NCBI GenBank assembly: GCA_030704615.1
Contig: CM060731.1
Location: forward strand, 41,168,001 to 41,232,000
DNA length: 64,000 bases
Source: Takakia lepidozioides
Lineage: Eukaryota > Plantae > Bryophyta
Direction of reading: 5' to 3'
In this document: in pieces, positions 12,488 to 26,100 of the stretch
Position numbering within the stretch: position 1 is the first letter of the stretch
Layout of the letters: each line of letters opens with the position of its first letter
Translations under genes and position numbers: made by a program
Notes under the pieces: model-generated
What the model was told of the DNA's origin: nothing
What the model saw: the letters and a program-made list of their open reading frames with translations, nothing else
The model's database searches: none

Positions 12488-13561
12488 CTTGAACCCTAAT
12501 TCCACTGCTAGGTTTTGAAGCAAAAGATTCAGGAAGGGAATTTCTGGATCTCGTAAATTTTGCAATCCCTGCTCACAATTTTATTTTTATAATTTTGATA
12601 TACATTCAATTTCCAAAAAGTACAGATTCAATTTTAGTCTTTAAAATAAATTATATCAGTAAAATCAATGTATAATTACCTAAATCATAGCATCTGATGT
12701 AGCAATAAGACTGAAATTCATATCAAACAATATGGATTTAATTTTGAAACAGCTATAACATGGCCAATGTGATTTTTCAAAGCCGCATTAAAGAAATGAT
12801 TGTTGTTTGCTAATAAGATTTTTTTATTTCTGGTGAGATATTCTCATTTATTAATAACATAATATGAGATCATACCACGTGTTTTTTCTTCTTTTGTTTT
12901 GTTTTTGTTTTTTATTTTTATTTTTTGGTAAAATACTGCCGCAAGTGGCCTCCTACGTATTCTACCCACCGCCCCAAGTGGCAAAAAAACGAGTTGGCAC
13001 CTCCAGAAAAGGTCGCTATATGACATGTGGCATATTTTAAGATGTCCACAATGGCAGTCATATGGATTTTCTGGCATCAACCTCTCGTTCATTCTCCTGT
13101 TTTGGCGAAAAACTAGCAAAGAAAGAAAGAAAGAAAGAAAAAAAAAAAAAACTTTATTTTCCTTAATGAGGTAGGAACCCACAAACGCCACTCCCCCCCA
13201 AAAAAAAACAAAAAAAAAGAGCCTTATGGCAAAAACTTTCCAAGGAAAAAAATGTGGGATTGTACATTTATGATTGCACATTGAGAACAGCCCTACCGTT
13301 TTAGGTGATATTCAGCCTAAAAGCACCAAAATAAAGTGGGCTGTGACACCCCTTTGCAAAAAACAATGAGAAATGACAAGACGCCATCAATATATGAAGC
13401 AAGGCAATTTGTTTTGTTTTGTTTTGTTTTGTAGCGTCGTTGAGATCTCCCAAACCGGCTCCAGCATGGTGCTTTGTGCCGTTGGAAAGCCGTGGATGAG
13501 TTGGGGAACATTGACTTGGTCTCATAATTTGTGGACATGTGGTGTAGGAGATAGCGAATTT

Positions 13562-13976
13562 CAAATACTTTTGATTGCTGGAAATTCTTGGAAAGTGGGC
13601 TTTCCTAGAGCAGTGATTGGCCCTTCATGTGGGAGAGATGGAATTTCAAGTACTTTAGGTCACCGAAAATTCGTGAAAAATAGCAAAGTGGGCTTTCTTG
13701 GAACAATGGTATGAGATGTCTCCTACATATAAATATATATGACGCAAACCGAAGTCAACGTAAATAAGAGCATCTTCCCCTTGCGGGTACTGCCCCTTTC
13801 GGGGGTGGGCTACATCTATGAAGCTCGGCTTACTACGTGCCCAATTGGCCGTGTTTTACCGAGATAAGTCTCACCGAGAGAGGTCTATTCCCTGAAGACT
13901 TATCTAATAGCTATTCAAGTACTTTTGGTCGCCGAAAATACGTGCAAACAGTGAAGTGGGCTTTCCTAGAACAATC
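13562..13976. repeat. Three degenerate copies of a ~55-60 bp unit (CAARTACTTT...GAAA...AAGTGGGCTTTCYTRGA)
   Basis: Copies start at about 13562, 13647 and 13916. Confidence 0.7.
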
Positions 13977-14002
13977 ATGATTGAATTACTACTCTTCACA
14001 CA

Positions 14003-14413
14003 TGGGCTTCGACATTGGAGATGCACTTGGATACATAGGGATTGCACTTGGATTTAGATGAAGGCACTTGGGCCAAGAGCAGAGGCTACCCTAGAGGTCG
14101 CACTTGGCCTCGACATAAGAGACGCATTGGGATACATATGAGATCTTGCACTTGGGCTTAGTTGACACTGGACACTTGGGCCAACGGCACAAACTACCCT
14201 AGAGGTCGCACTTGGGGCCTCAACATAGGAGACGCACTTGGTTACATAGGAGATTGCATTGGGCTTAGATGACATCATACACTTGGGCCAATGGCACATG
14301 CCACCCTAGAGGTTGCACTTGGGCCTCAACATAGTAGACGCACTTGGATACATAGGAGATTGCATTGGGCTTAGATGACACCAGACACTTGGGCAACGGC
14401 ACAGGCCACCCTA
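14003..14413. repeat. Minisatellite, about 4 units of ~105 bp built from GCACTTGG(G) sub-repeats
   Basis: ACCCTAG(AGGTYGCACTTGG) recurs at about 14088, 14197, 14304 and 14408. Confidence 0.85.
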
Positions 14414-15345
14414 GTTCAAGATGAATATAACTCATTAAACATTAATAATACTTAGAGCTTGACTAAACTCCATGAGGGACGGCTTGCCGTTGGGTGCAAA
14501 TGGTCCTTTCGTATTAAATATGATCCTAATGGTTCCATCGATAAATACAAAGCACGTCTAATTGCCATAAGGTATACTCAATTGTATGGCATAGATTTTT
14601 TTGCTAGTATTTAAAACAAATTCCTTACGGTTATTATTAGCATTGGCAGCCTACTATGACATGGACATAGTTCAAATGGACGTTAAGACGGCCTTTTCAC
14701 ATGGGAATTTACAAGAAGAATTATGTATACGTCAACACGCGGGATTTATTCGTCAAGGGAAAGATCCATTAGTATCTAAACTCAATAAATCGATTTATGG
14801 ATTGAAACAAGCATCACGGGCATGGTATCAAAAGATAGATGCACATTTACTGCTCACTAATTTTCAGAAATGCATTGCAGATAGTAATGTTTATTACAAG
14901 CAAGTCACCACTAACTATATTATATTGGCACGGTATATGATCTCTTTATCTTTACTAACGAGTCTAAGGGATTACTGAGTGAAGTAAGAGAGTGGTTAGA
15001 ATCTAATGATGTACAAAACATAATTAAGTCATGGTCTAGGCATCGAAGTTAAAAGAGATAGAACATTAAAAACCATCCCAGTCAATCCATATACATTAGG
15101 GATATTCTCAACAGATTTAAAATGGATAAATTGTAAACCAGTGAGTATCCCATTAGAGATAGGTCTAAAATTAACTAAAGAACAAAGTCCACAATCTAAA
15201 GACAAAGAAGAACTTATGAAAAATGTCCCCTACAAAGAAGTTGTTGGAAGTTTGGTTTTTGCTACTGTATGACTTGCTGAAGACCCGACATTCCTTTTTG
15301 CTACAACTAAGACAAGAGTCCCCGACATTCCTTTTTGCTATGAGT
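14414..15345 (+). mobile_element. Ty1/Copia reverse transcriptase remnant with stops and frameshifts; no LTRs found
   Basis: QDEYNSL...VGCKWSFRIKYDPNGSIDKYKARLIA...YTQLYGIDF; QMDVKTAF; LNKSIYGLKQASRAWY; PYKEVVGSL. Confidence 0.9.
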
Positions 15346-16008
15346 TCCACAAGACACCGACATTCACTGGACCTTAAAGAAACTTTATTTTTATTTTCAT
15401 CCATAAGTCAAAGTAACCTTGGGCACTCAAGGGTTAATAAACTAAGAAAATTTTAGATATGTATTATGGAATGCCCCCCCCCCCCAACATGCCATTGTGG
15501 CAAGTAAGGTGGTGGGGAGCCAGAGGGCGAGCTGTTTCCAAAACTGCCATAATGGCATGTGGGGGCCCATTCCACAGCGTTAAGGATTTGCGTTTGCCGC
15601 CCTCTCATTGGCTTGCAATCCATAATCAAGCATATTATGTTTCATAATGTGCCAGTGCAAATGGCATAATGTGCTAGTGGCAATAGGCCTAGAATTCTAC
15701 TTTTTAATCCTCCTCCAAGTCGCCATACTAAGTAGGCAAAATCCTCAGCGTGAACAGAAGAGACAACATGGGGTGGCCAAAATACATAGGTAGGGCCGAA
15801 TCCTGGCCGAATCCTTGCCGACTTGTGGACTGAGCATGAGTGTATCCGCTAGTTTACAGCTTCTATACGAGAAATTTGAAGGATCATGAGCTCCAAAAAT
15901 CTGCCGAGGTTGCAAGGATGTTTTCTACGAGTGTGTATAAGTTTGTGGTGACTCATTTGAGACTTGAGAATTGCGTGGGTCCGTGACCGTTTAGCAATCC
16001 AGCCAGGT

Positions 16009-17496
16009 ATGGCGCGCAAAGATGGCATGCCGGCAGTTTCCCAAACAAGCTCTCAATCACATGGAAAGTTGAGTGCAGCACTCTCTACCCCCTTCGATAA
16101 CCGTGGCCTTGCGCTGGGAGCCGCTATATTAGCTCCAACAGATACCGCCGCATGTGAAAGCATGTCAGTTGTTTCAAAGCTCTTTGGCACCGGTGGTGGT
16201 CCGTCCCCGGCCAAGTCTCAAAAAGAGATTCCAGTGATAGACTTTGCGGAACTAGAAAGTAACGAGCGATCCCGCATCATAGCTGAGGTGGGGCGTGCAT
16301 GCCACGAGTGGGGAGGTTTTTAGCTGTTGAATCATGGGGTCTTGATGCAACCGTTGATGGACCAAATTAAAGAATTATTTTCTTCACCAATGGAGGAGAA
16401 ACTTGCTTATTCTCAACTCGTTAGCGGAAATCTAGTGCAGCTTGAAGGCTACTGCCCAACATACGGACCCTATGACTTCGTCTTCCGAGAAAACACCCTC
16501 TTGAATTTACTGCCAGCTTCCCGGCGAGACTACAGGTGGTGGCCTAAGAAACTAGCCTCACTCAGGTGCGTGATGGGGGCAGACAAGCCTATTTGAAATA
16601 TTTCTGGATATTGTAATAAGATGGGAGTCTAAACTTCGAAGTAAGAATCCAATTGGTACCTTTGAAGTATTTTAACACATGAGCTACTAACACGCTGTTG
16701 CTGTCCATCTCGGTGCTGTCACTAAATGGCAGTGAGACAGTTGATGCATATGCAACAGACTTGCAGAAGCTCCTAGAAACGCTTTTGGCTTTGCTCTCGG
16801 AGAGTTTGGGCTTGCAACCACTGTCCTTGCAGGTGGCTATCGGTCATTCTACCCACTCGGACATGCATCAGTTATGCTACCATGGTCAACCTCAGGATCA
16901 TGAATTTGAAGTGTTGCCGACACATAGTGATACTGGCCTCATAACAATTCTCTTGGCAAAAGAAGTAGAACATGAAGCTTTGCAAGTTCTAAATCCGGAG
17001 GGTGAATGGGTGACTATAAGACCCATGCCGGGAGCTCTTATTATCTTCCCTGGAGACCAACTACAGGTACAAGCCTGCACGCGTAGTAATTTTAGCAGTT
17101 GATTATTCTGATCACCAATAGACAATGTACCCAATAATCGATTAACATGTAACGTCTGGCTTTGGTCTTCCCCTGCGGGTGGTTCATGTCAAATTCTGTT
17201 GGAATACAATTTCATAAGCTTGACATTGAATGTGAATCCTACAGATGCTCACTAATGGAAGAACCAAGAGCTCTACGCATCGTGTGATAATGGGGCCTAA
17301 CACTCGCTGTTCCGCTGCCACCAGCTTTGAGCTTCCTCCAGACATGAAAATTACTACCATGCCTGAGTTAATTGATCAAGACCATCCCCAACAATACAGA
17401 AGTTACTCACTCAACAAACGAAGGCCGTTCATGGCTAAGGGTGAATTTATGGTGGGAAAAGACTTTTGTAGAGTGGAGCCTATTTCTGTTTCGTAA
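16009..17496 (+). pseudogene. 2-oxoglutarate/Fe(II) dioxygenase (DOXC type), exons ~16009-16565, 16733-17066, 17245-17496, with premature TAG at 16321-16323
   Basis: IPVIDF...ACHEWGGF*LLNHGV (DIOX_N, normally WGFFQ), HSD iron triad, GDQLQMLTNGRTKSSTHRV, RxS. The start codon is uncertain (16009 or 16162). Confidence 0.85.
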
Positions 17497-17539
17497 TAAA
17501 TCACTGAGGACCTACTCACAACCGACTCACACACATCAT

Positions 17540-17552
17540 TGTGTGTGTGTGA

Positions 17553-17589
<37 letters not shown>
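17540..17589. repeat. (GT)n/(GA)n microsatellite
   Basis: Direct reading of the sequence. Confidence 0.9.
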
Positions 17590-17592
<3 letters not shown>

Positions 17593-19944
17593 ACTGTTCA
17601 TATAATGTTGATCATTGGAGTTTGAGACAACAGAAGTATAACACAGATCTAATGGTTTGCAAAACTATTGTTCAAATGTAACCGATTAGAACCAATGTAG
17701 CTATTCATACAACCAAATAGCTCTAGCACTTCACACAGGTTTACAACAGTTGTGTATGTTCACCAGACTAGATGAATCCCTAGACTAATGAGATTATCAC
17801 ATCATTCTAATACTCTCCCTTTATATATCCGGATCTTGAAATCTTCTCAAGACCAAGTAAGAATTCCTCCAAAAGCTTCTCTCCAATAATCATGCTTTAG
17901 TTTTGGGCAGTGGCTTAGTCGATACAGCCTGAGGAGAAGATCATTTCCTATGCTTTTATTCTTATGCTACTTCTAGAGTTTTAGCTCATTTCATTAAAAT
18001 AACAACACAAAAGTTGTCTCGGCTAGTGTTTCCTTGGGGGAAAAAAAAAGCACACAAAAAAAGAAATTTGATAGCACTTAATATATTATACTCATTTGAG
18101 TATGCAGGATTTTCGAGGTATGTACCAGTGGTGTGTGGGTACATTGTTTAGACATACCCTGCGAACCTGGGCACTACGCTACATCTATAATCTTGGTTTT
18201 TTTGTTGGTAATTTCCTCTTGATTATCTTGATGGTTTCCTCTGGGGATGGCCTAGGTAATTTCCTCTTGGATTACCTCTCCCTCCCATGCCATTGTTATT
18301 ATTATATCTACCAAGTCACACCTCACGCGCTTCGTTCCCTCACATCCTTTATTACTAATAAGCGATAATTTGAATCCAACCCCTCTCCGGTGGGCCTAGG
18401 TACCCTAGGTACCTCTATTTGCCTCCTTGGCACCTGTTTTCTTATAGGGGCCATCCCCGAAATGAGGCAGTAGCAGTGAGGCGAAGTGGCTCTTAGTTAC
18501 ACCGGTTTCGGCAGAGTCTTCTCTCTCTCTCTCTCTCTCTCGCTACCAAGTCTCCCTTAATTGCCTTGTCCTCGGAACAGCTAACTTGGATGGGGACTTC
18601 AATTTGAAAGTCTTTAACCGGGTTTAAAGTACTGGATGAGGTTGATACCAAGCAGCCAGATAGGCTAGCTGACCTTGTATGCGGTTGAGTCTGAATGTCG
18701 TGTGAGTGAAAAATATGGTACTTTGAATGATTTTTGCCAATCCTAAAAAAACTCAAGCCACCATGGTGGCAATGACAAGAAATTATGGTTGGCCCTTCAA
18801 CGTCTGCATGAGCCCAAAAAATGTCAGCAAATACAAGTACCAAGGACTACTAAGAGTGCAATGGTGACTTCAACCATTGATATTTGTCAAAACCTCTCAA
18901 ACTCACTACAATACCATAAGCAGAAACTATAGGTCTAACATCGAGGGGTTTGAAAGGACAAATGAGTTATGAAGGTGTTTACCATACACAAATTCAGCAC
19001 AAAAAAAAACTCATTCGCTTCTTATCTAATACCCATGTGGAAGGTGGGACAACCAGTGTTGTGCGGGTATCATAATTTTAATATACTAGGCATGGTAGGT
19101 TATGGAGAGTTGCTTTGTAATTCTGATATCATTCTAAGTATTGTGGAATGACAAGTTTGCAAGTAATAGACTGATATAAGCATGTCCCTTAGATACGTAC
19201 AATATATGGTATCATTTGTATGCGTTCATTTTTTTATATTAGTTGAATATCAACACGGGTATCGATACTTTTCACCACTATCATATATACTCAAAATGCA
19301 CCAAATTGAACAAAGATTTCATTGTTGAACCCAATTTTGGGCAATGCAAACCCATTCAACATGAAAGATGAAACATAATAAACATAACATGCAACTTTCA
19401 AAAGAACATACAAAAGATTGTACACAATTGAGGGGCAGAATGCAAAGATTGTTGTGTGCATGTCATTCAGAAATGCATAAATATGCCATAGTCCAACAAA
19501 AGAGATATTCTACTAAGTAGAAGTCGTCCACTCCCATTATGTGCCTTTAGTGTCTGCAAGACCCTACCCAGTTTGCACAACCAAATCTCAAGCAATCTGT
19601 GCCTACAACATGAATTCTAAGCTCTCAGAGCCGCACAATACTGGTAGCAGCCTGATACGAAATGGGAGCCCCAAACCCTAATCCATGGGATACCATGGGT
19701 TTTCGACCTACCACTTGCCGGACTGGTAAGTTCTCAGAAAAACCTGCTGATACCTACTATTGATACCCGTGAAGACGGGCAAGTATAAGTTAATTCACTA
19801 TAGAACTTATTCCAACGTTCCAAGTTACCTGAGATTATTTTCACGGAGAGATACTCCAATACTGAAATGAGTAAATTTATGTAATTAAAGGTTGGCATCA
19901 TCGTCTGTATCATTCAACGAGGCACGCACCAGAAGGCAGCGGCC

Positions 19945-21938
19945 ATGGCCGCTTCGCAATGCGTGCACCACCCTGCAGGAGCGTCTCTAAGGCCAGCTCG
20001 TGCAGGCCATGTGTTCCTGTCACCGAAGCCATGTCCGGTGCGCATCAAAGAAGGGGTGGGGTGCATGGAGCAGGCCGTGGAAAGGGTATTCTTGAGCAAA
20101 AGTCATGTTCGTCGTTTGCATGTGAGTAGATGTCATCCGTGCCGTGCTCTCTGCTTCTCCTCGGACTATTTGTTGGTGGGTTTCTTGCATATCCCACATA
20201 ATAACTCTTCTACACAATCGTGCCCCATAATGCACTTTTTGATGTCTTCTGGGGCTTATCTGACAATTGTCAGTGTGCCGGCTTGTGATATAATTTGACT
20301 CACGGAAAGACATTAATTCATGTATGCCTATAGTTAGTCAAGCATCTGATATCAATTTCTAAGGCATTCCCCCGATCGATATCACCGCGGGTGCTTGCGT
20401 GTTGCTGCGAGTACTCTATCAATATCTGCAACTAGTCATTGCTGTTGTTACAGCTGACCATGATGATTGAACTCTCTATACACTGTTAAGGCACTCCGAC
20501 TCCGGCAATTTTGCACATTCTGAATTTGTGAATTACTCTAGACACCGGAACATGAGTTGTTTCCTGAGTCTTTATTCTATAGGATTCACCGCATACCTTG
20601 CAGCTGTAGTGAGCTCGATTTTTATGAGAGTTCACATTTGCAGATCAGGGCGAGGTGTATGAAAGCAGGGCGACTTGAGATAGATTGCGGTGAAGAAAAG
20701 AAGAAGGGCATTGTTATTACCGGCGCAAGCAAGGGGCTTGGCTATGCTCTGGCTCGTCAATTTCTGGCTGGCAAGAATAGTGTGGTTGTATGTGCCCGCA
20801 ACGAAGAGCAGTTGGTGGCTGCCATAGTTGCCTTGCAAGCTGAATTCGAAGGTGCCACCATCCATGGAATGCGTTGTGATGTCTCAAGTGTAGCAGATGT
20901 TGCTGCCTTTGCCTCCTTTGCAGCCGAGAAGCTTGGCATCATCCATATTTGGCTCAACAATGCTGGTATAAATTTGCATACTTCTTCCACACTTTTTGTC
21001 AGGGTCAGGCAATTTGCATGAGTGCTGTGGAAGAGTGCACTGGTTGTCTGTGAGCTGTAAAGTTACCCGAAAACAAGAGGGCCCCCAGCCACAGCAATCT
21101 AATTCTGGCAGACAGACAGTAATTGAGGGGGCAGAAAATGTATCTCTTAGGGATGAATTTCTAACAAGAGGAATGGTGCATGCAGGGGAGGTGACAGGAA
21201 AGAAACTACTAGCAGATTTGGAGGCCTCAGAAATAGTGCGTGTCAGCGGGACCAATGTGGTGGGGTCATTGCTATGTTGCCGAGAAGCTATTCGCCTCAT
21301 GCGCCTGCAGCCACCTAGTGCTGTGCCCATTTACCACATCTTTAACATGGGCTTCTCTAGCTGGGGTGCCAACTTCACAAAGTCGGCATGCACTCACAAG
21401 ACTACAAAGGTTGCCTTGACACAGCTTACGCGGTCTTTAACAGAGGAGCTTAAAGATGCAGGTATAGGCCGACTGTCCTGGCCGTAAGCTTAGCTCCACC
21501 ATGAGATTGCACTGCCACTATGTTGTGTTCAAGGGGTAGACACTCCTCCAGTGTGGTTGCAAGTGCTAAAGGGACTGCATATGATTGCCAATGCTATGGG
21601 TGGATGGGCCAGGTTTGAGCAGTGTTGGGGTGCACAATTTATCACCAGGAATGGTGTTGACAGATCTGTTATTGAAAGATTCTACACCAGTGGCCCGCCG
21701 ATTTTTCAACACGCTGGCAGAGGAGCCACAGACAGTCGCCACAAGCTTAGCCCCTCGCATATTTGCAGTGCAAGGAACAGGGCAAAGTATTGCTTATCTG
21801 TCTCCAGCCTCTGCATTTTTCAAAGTAGCTCTGGGGTTCCCACAAATAATATCAGGTGGTCGGTTTTTTGACAAGGATGGAAATCGGGTTATGGTTGAGG
21901 GAAGCAGATATCAAGAAAATGGCATAAAAATATCTTAG
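19945..21938 (+). CDS. Short-chain dehydrogenase/reductase, NOL/NYC1 (chlorophyll b reductase)-like; exons 19945-20121, 20644-20965, 21186-21461, 21613-21938
   Basis: ITGASKGLG (TGxxxGxG), CDVS, WLNNAG, TNVVGSLLCCREAI, HIFNM, VHNLSPGMVLTDLL. N-terminus resembles a transit peptide. Introns are in phase. Confidence 0.88.
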
Positions 21939-23102
21939 CAAGGGTTAGTCTCCAACTCTTTTTGTCATTTGTCCATGTCTCTCTTCCAAATCCCTGAGAC
22001 TAAGCGGTACTCATGGCAATCCATTTTTTTCTTCAAATTAACAAAGTGCACCTCAAGAGCCAGCTGTGACGTTCGTATCAAAACCTGAACAACCATGGCA
22101 ACCATGTAAAGCCTGCTGTATCTGCTGGTGAAACAAAGCAAGCTGCATTTAACAATGAGTTCCTCTTTGGACTGTATCCATGACCTATCTCTACACTGTC
22201 TACATAACTGCATCCTGAAATCATGAAATTGTAGTCTGCATCTTTGTCAGCAATGGTCGAATTGTTGTACAACGGATGCAACATCTTAATAGGAGCGTTA
22301 ATCTTTGCGCTGGTACCCGTTAGAGCAAATTCAAGCCAAAGCAACCAATTTCAACATAACCTTTTGGCTAAGTTAAACAGTTTGCAATCTCAATGTTTTC
22401 ATGAACCGAGAGCGAAGCTTACTAGGGCCTGGTGGCTTGAAACCATCCAAAGCTCTTGCTGAACTCCAAACTTTCTTATCATATTACGCCACAGACAAGA
22501 TTCTTCATGCAGAGACGAGAAGTTCTTGTAAAGATCTACAAGATCCCCGTCCCCACGTTCACCTCCGCCATGCCCAATCCCTAGTCCCCAATTTGGATTG
22601 CGCGAATGATCATCACTCCCGGACAGCAATCTGATCGGCCTTGCCGATGTCGTGGGTCCCATAGTTTGCAAGCTCTTCTCTCTCATCGCCAATTGTCCCA
22701 GCAACCAGTTCTAGCGCTGCAGAAGAGCTGTTCTCAGTAGCGTGGGAACAAAAGGCAGAGCTAGGCCGGGTGCACAGCAGATAACCCGGTCCGCCACGTA
22801 CACGGAGTCGTGTATGCCTGCCACACGGCGTCCCGTGTCTCGCTAATGCATATATCTTTTACCCAACTTCTCCATCTTTCATTCTGAGCGGACAAGATAT
22901 GGTCGATCTGTATCCTGCGGTCCGCATCCCGGACGGTTTATGCGCGTTTAGTTGTATTTAGTGGTTCATTAGTAAAGCTATTAGATGGTTAGTGAGTTTT
23001 AGGCTCGGTTTAGTTACTTGTTAGTGAGTCTTTAGTGGGTAAGTGAGTAGTAGTCTATAGTGTCGCAGAGAGTCTCGGTGGTGGGAAGAAGAGTGGGAGG
23101 CT

Positions 23103-26100
23103 ATGGCGAGTCTTAGTGTGTGTGCGCTGCAACGACCAACATGCGACCTGCACTGTGCGCCGGGCGCGTCTTTCTTGTATGTTACATCCCCTCTGGTGCA
23201 TGTATCGATGAATTTGATGGGACAATTGTTGCCGTTTTGAATGTTTGTGTTGCTCTCCCAAACAATTCTGCCTGCATTGATTTTACTGTTGCTTAATCTA
23301 CTCACAGCATTTGCTTGTATCTGATCTATGAAAGATCTATAGAGAATGTTCAATTTGAATTGTCGAATTTTGTTCTTTGTAGATCTGAATTGTGCTTTCA
23401 CTCTTCCAGTTTGGACTCCGGACATATCATTGTCCGAAAAATGCATCGGAGATGTTCCCTATCCCCAGCATTGCATCTTCTACAGGAATGTTGTATAGTA
23501 GTCAAGCAGTTCGTCAACCACACCTTGGTTCCTGAAATAGGCGTCTGTACAGCTTTTATTTACCGGGTTGTACGTTTGTACTAGAATTCGCTCAGCGCTT
23601 CGATCAATGTACAAAGTATCAGATAATGCTATCACATCAGCTAGTAATTTCAGAACCTCCGTCAAGCCAAGCTAGCCCTTCCCTCTCTGGATGAGTGCGT
23701 TTCATGTGGGGATACTCTTGGTTTTACAGAGAAAAAGGAGCTGTTCCTTATGCAAGGACTTCCGCTATTCGCTTCTACATGTAGGCTGTTTCCTTTAGAT
23801 GTCAAGTGTAGATGCCAGTAACATTTGAAGTCGAGCAGCTTCTCCGCTGATCTTCAGAATTGGTTTTCTCACATGAGCTCCACAGCAATTCTGCAGGTCG
23901 TCTAGTTGAGAGGCCAAGTAAGGGGAATTCGTGCAGGACAACGAGCCGGGTGCTTGAGAAAGTGAGCGCTAGGCGTTTTCCGATTGGGCATGCTTCCGAA
24001 AGGTAGATCCTGTGCCTTCTTTGCAAGAGAAAGCTAGGTTCACTGTCTTTTCTTTTGAATTGACTGACTCTTAAAATTCAGTCAAAGGCTGCGTTCTTTC
24101 TTTTGCAAGTATTCATCATGCTAAGGGAACTCACATCACACAGAGAGTATGTAATTTATTGGACTTCGTAGCATGATAGTGTTATGCTATCTCTTCCACT
24201 CCCGAGGCAATTCCTCTCGTGGCTTAGTAGTCAGTGTAATATTGATGATGTTGGCACTGCTGCAGAGCTAAAAGTGAAGATTACAAAACTGACTACTTTT
24301 GCACTTGTTCAAGGAGGCTGCAAGGTATTGCATTTGTGCCTCTAAGAAAGGATACACAATTACAGGGATCTGTGAGAGGTCACAGCAGCCCCAGTGGCGA
24401 CAATGCCATCCTCAGTACAGAGTATGTAATTTTTAACTGAATGTCGTGAGAGCCAAGAATTCGTATTCATTTTATTGCAATTTCAGGTTGGAAGATAGCA
24501 CAGAGGCTGTGGGACCTCTTTGCAGGAGAGAGGCTGGGGTAGTAGAACCATGGCTGCTGCAGAAGCCGTTAGCTGTTGGGAGGCCATCAGAAAATATGAA
24601 ACCTTGTTGGCAACCTGCATGTTACAGATAAACATTATTGTCCATTCATACTCATATAAGCCAGCAAGCCATCAACTTAGGGTCATGTTATTCATGTTTT
24701 AGTGATAGGGTAAACCCCTACAACTGCAAAAGGTATAGAGTACAGACAACAAATAACAAGCTTGCTCCCAATGGTCAGGCAAACAAACTGAATGCTCGCT
24801 CTTCTTCTCACCCTTTTAACAGCTCCGATGTGTCCTTAATTCAAAGCACCTGTAAGATCAGCACATCTCCATATAGCCCATATTAACTGGTGGCTTTTTA
24901 ATTGCTTCAAGAAAGGTTTGGTGAATGACGTGTGATTTCTGCAGCATTCTCCTTAATGGTCAATGTAGGAATATTCATGACTGTTAGACAAGCTTTACCT
25001 TCTTGTACTGGCCATGTTCAGTGATCATGATACGTGTTCATATGTTCTCAAAGAGTGCTTTAAGATGTCATTCTGATTGCTGATCAAACCTTTGCAATGA
25101 TCAGGGAGGGCACTCAGGCAGGCACTCAGGCAACACCAACAGAGGTCAGAACTTTCTTTAGTATTTAGTATGTCTTCCACAATTCAGCTTTAGCTGATGA
25201 AGTAAAATCACCCCAAGAAATGCTACTGCACTTATACTCCATCTTCTTTTTCGTCTGAGTGCATGCACATATATGTTACCATCAAGCAGAAGATGATAGG
25301 TACGCTGAACTTGAGCATGTTTCTTTTTCACCACAAGATGAGTAGTTGCTACAGTCAGAAGCTGTAAGATACAATTATTGGGGAGGTCCTTGGCACAGCT
25401 TGAAATGGGAATTAACAGGTAGAGAAGACTGTGGAGCTTGCCGAAAAAAAAGCCAGGGTTGCTGTGGCAGCAGCATCAGCAGCAGGATTCGCGGTTGAAG
25501 TGGCTGAGCAGCAAGGGGCACCTCCTGAGGCATCTACAGCCGTGGGTAAGGCAGCAGATGCTGTGGGACAGGTGGCCTTAAAGGCAGCTAAAGCTGTACA
25601 GAATGTGAAAGAGAATGTGGAGAAGTCGACAGGTTGGGCACTGTCAGCTCAGGAAGAGACCATTCAGAGAGAGCTTGAGCGTGAAAGGAACAGGGTAGCC
25701 CAAAAGGAAGCTGATGAAGCCCTCAAAAAGCAGTGCAACATGGACAAAGGCAGGAAAGAGATGCGCGAGTGGTAACCATCCTATAAGTTGCCCTGGTAGC
25801 ACCATTGGAGTTTTTGTAGCACCATGTTGCAGCCTGTTAGTCCGTTTGCATGCCAAACCGTCAATAGCACTTGGACTCACTGGCTTATGCACTGACATAT
25901 CCAGATCAAGTGCATAGTGTGGGAGAAGCACAAGGAGTTTCTCCAGGTTCAAACTTCTAATGATGAGTGAGATTCAAAAGTGGCTCTTCATCAGGGGCAG
26001 ATACTGAGGCAGCACATTCGTATTGTGACAAGGTGGCTGGCAAAATGGGATGCAAAGAAGCGCAGTGAAGGGTGGGGCGAGTATGAAAAATGCTGGGTGT

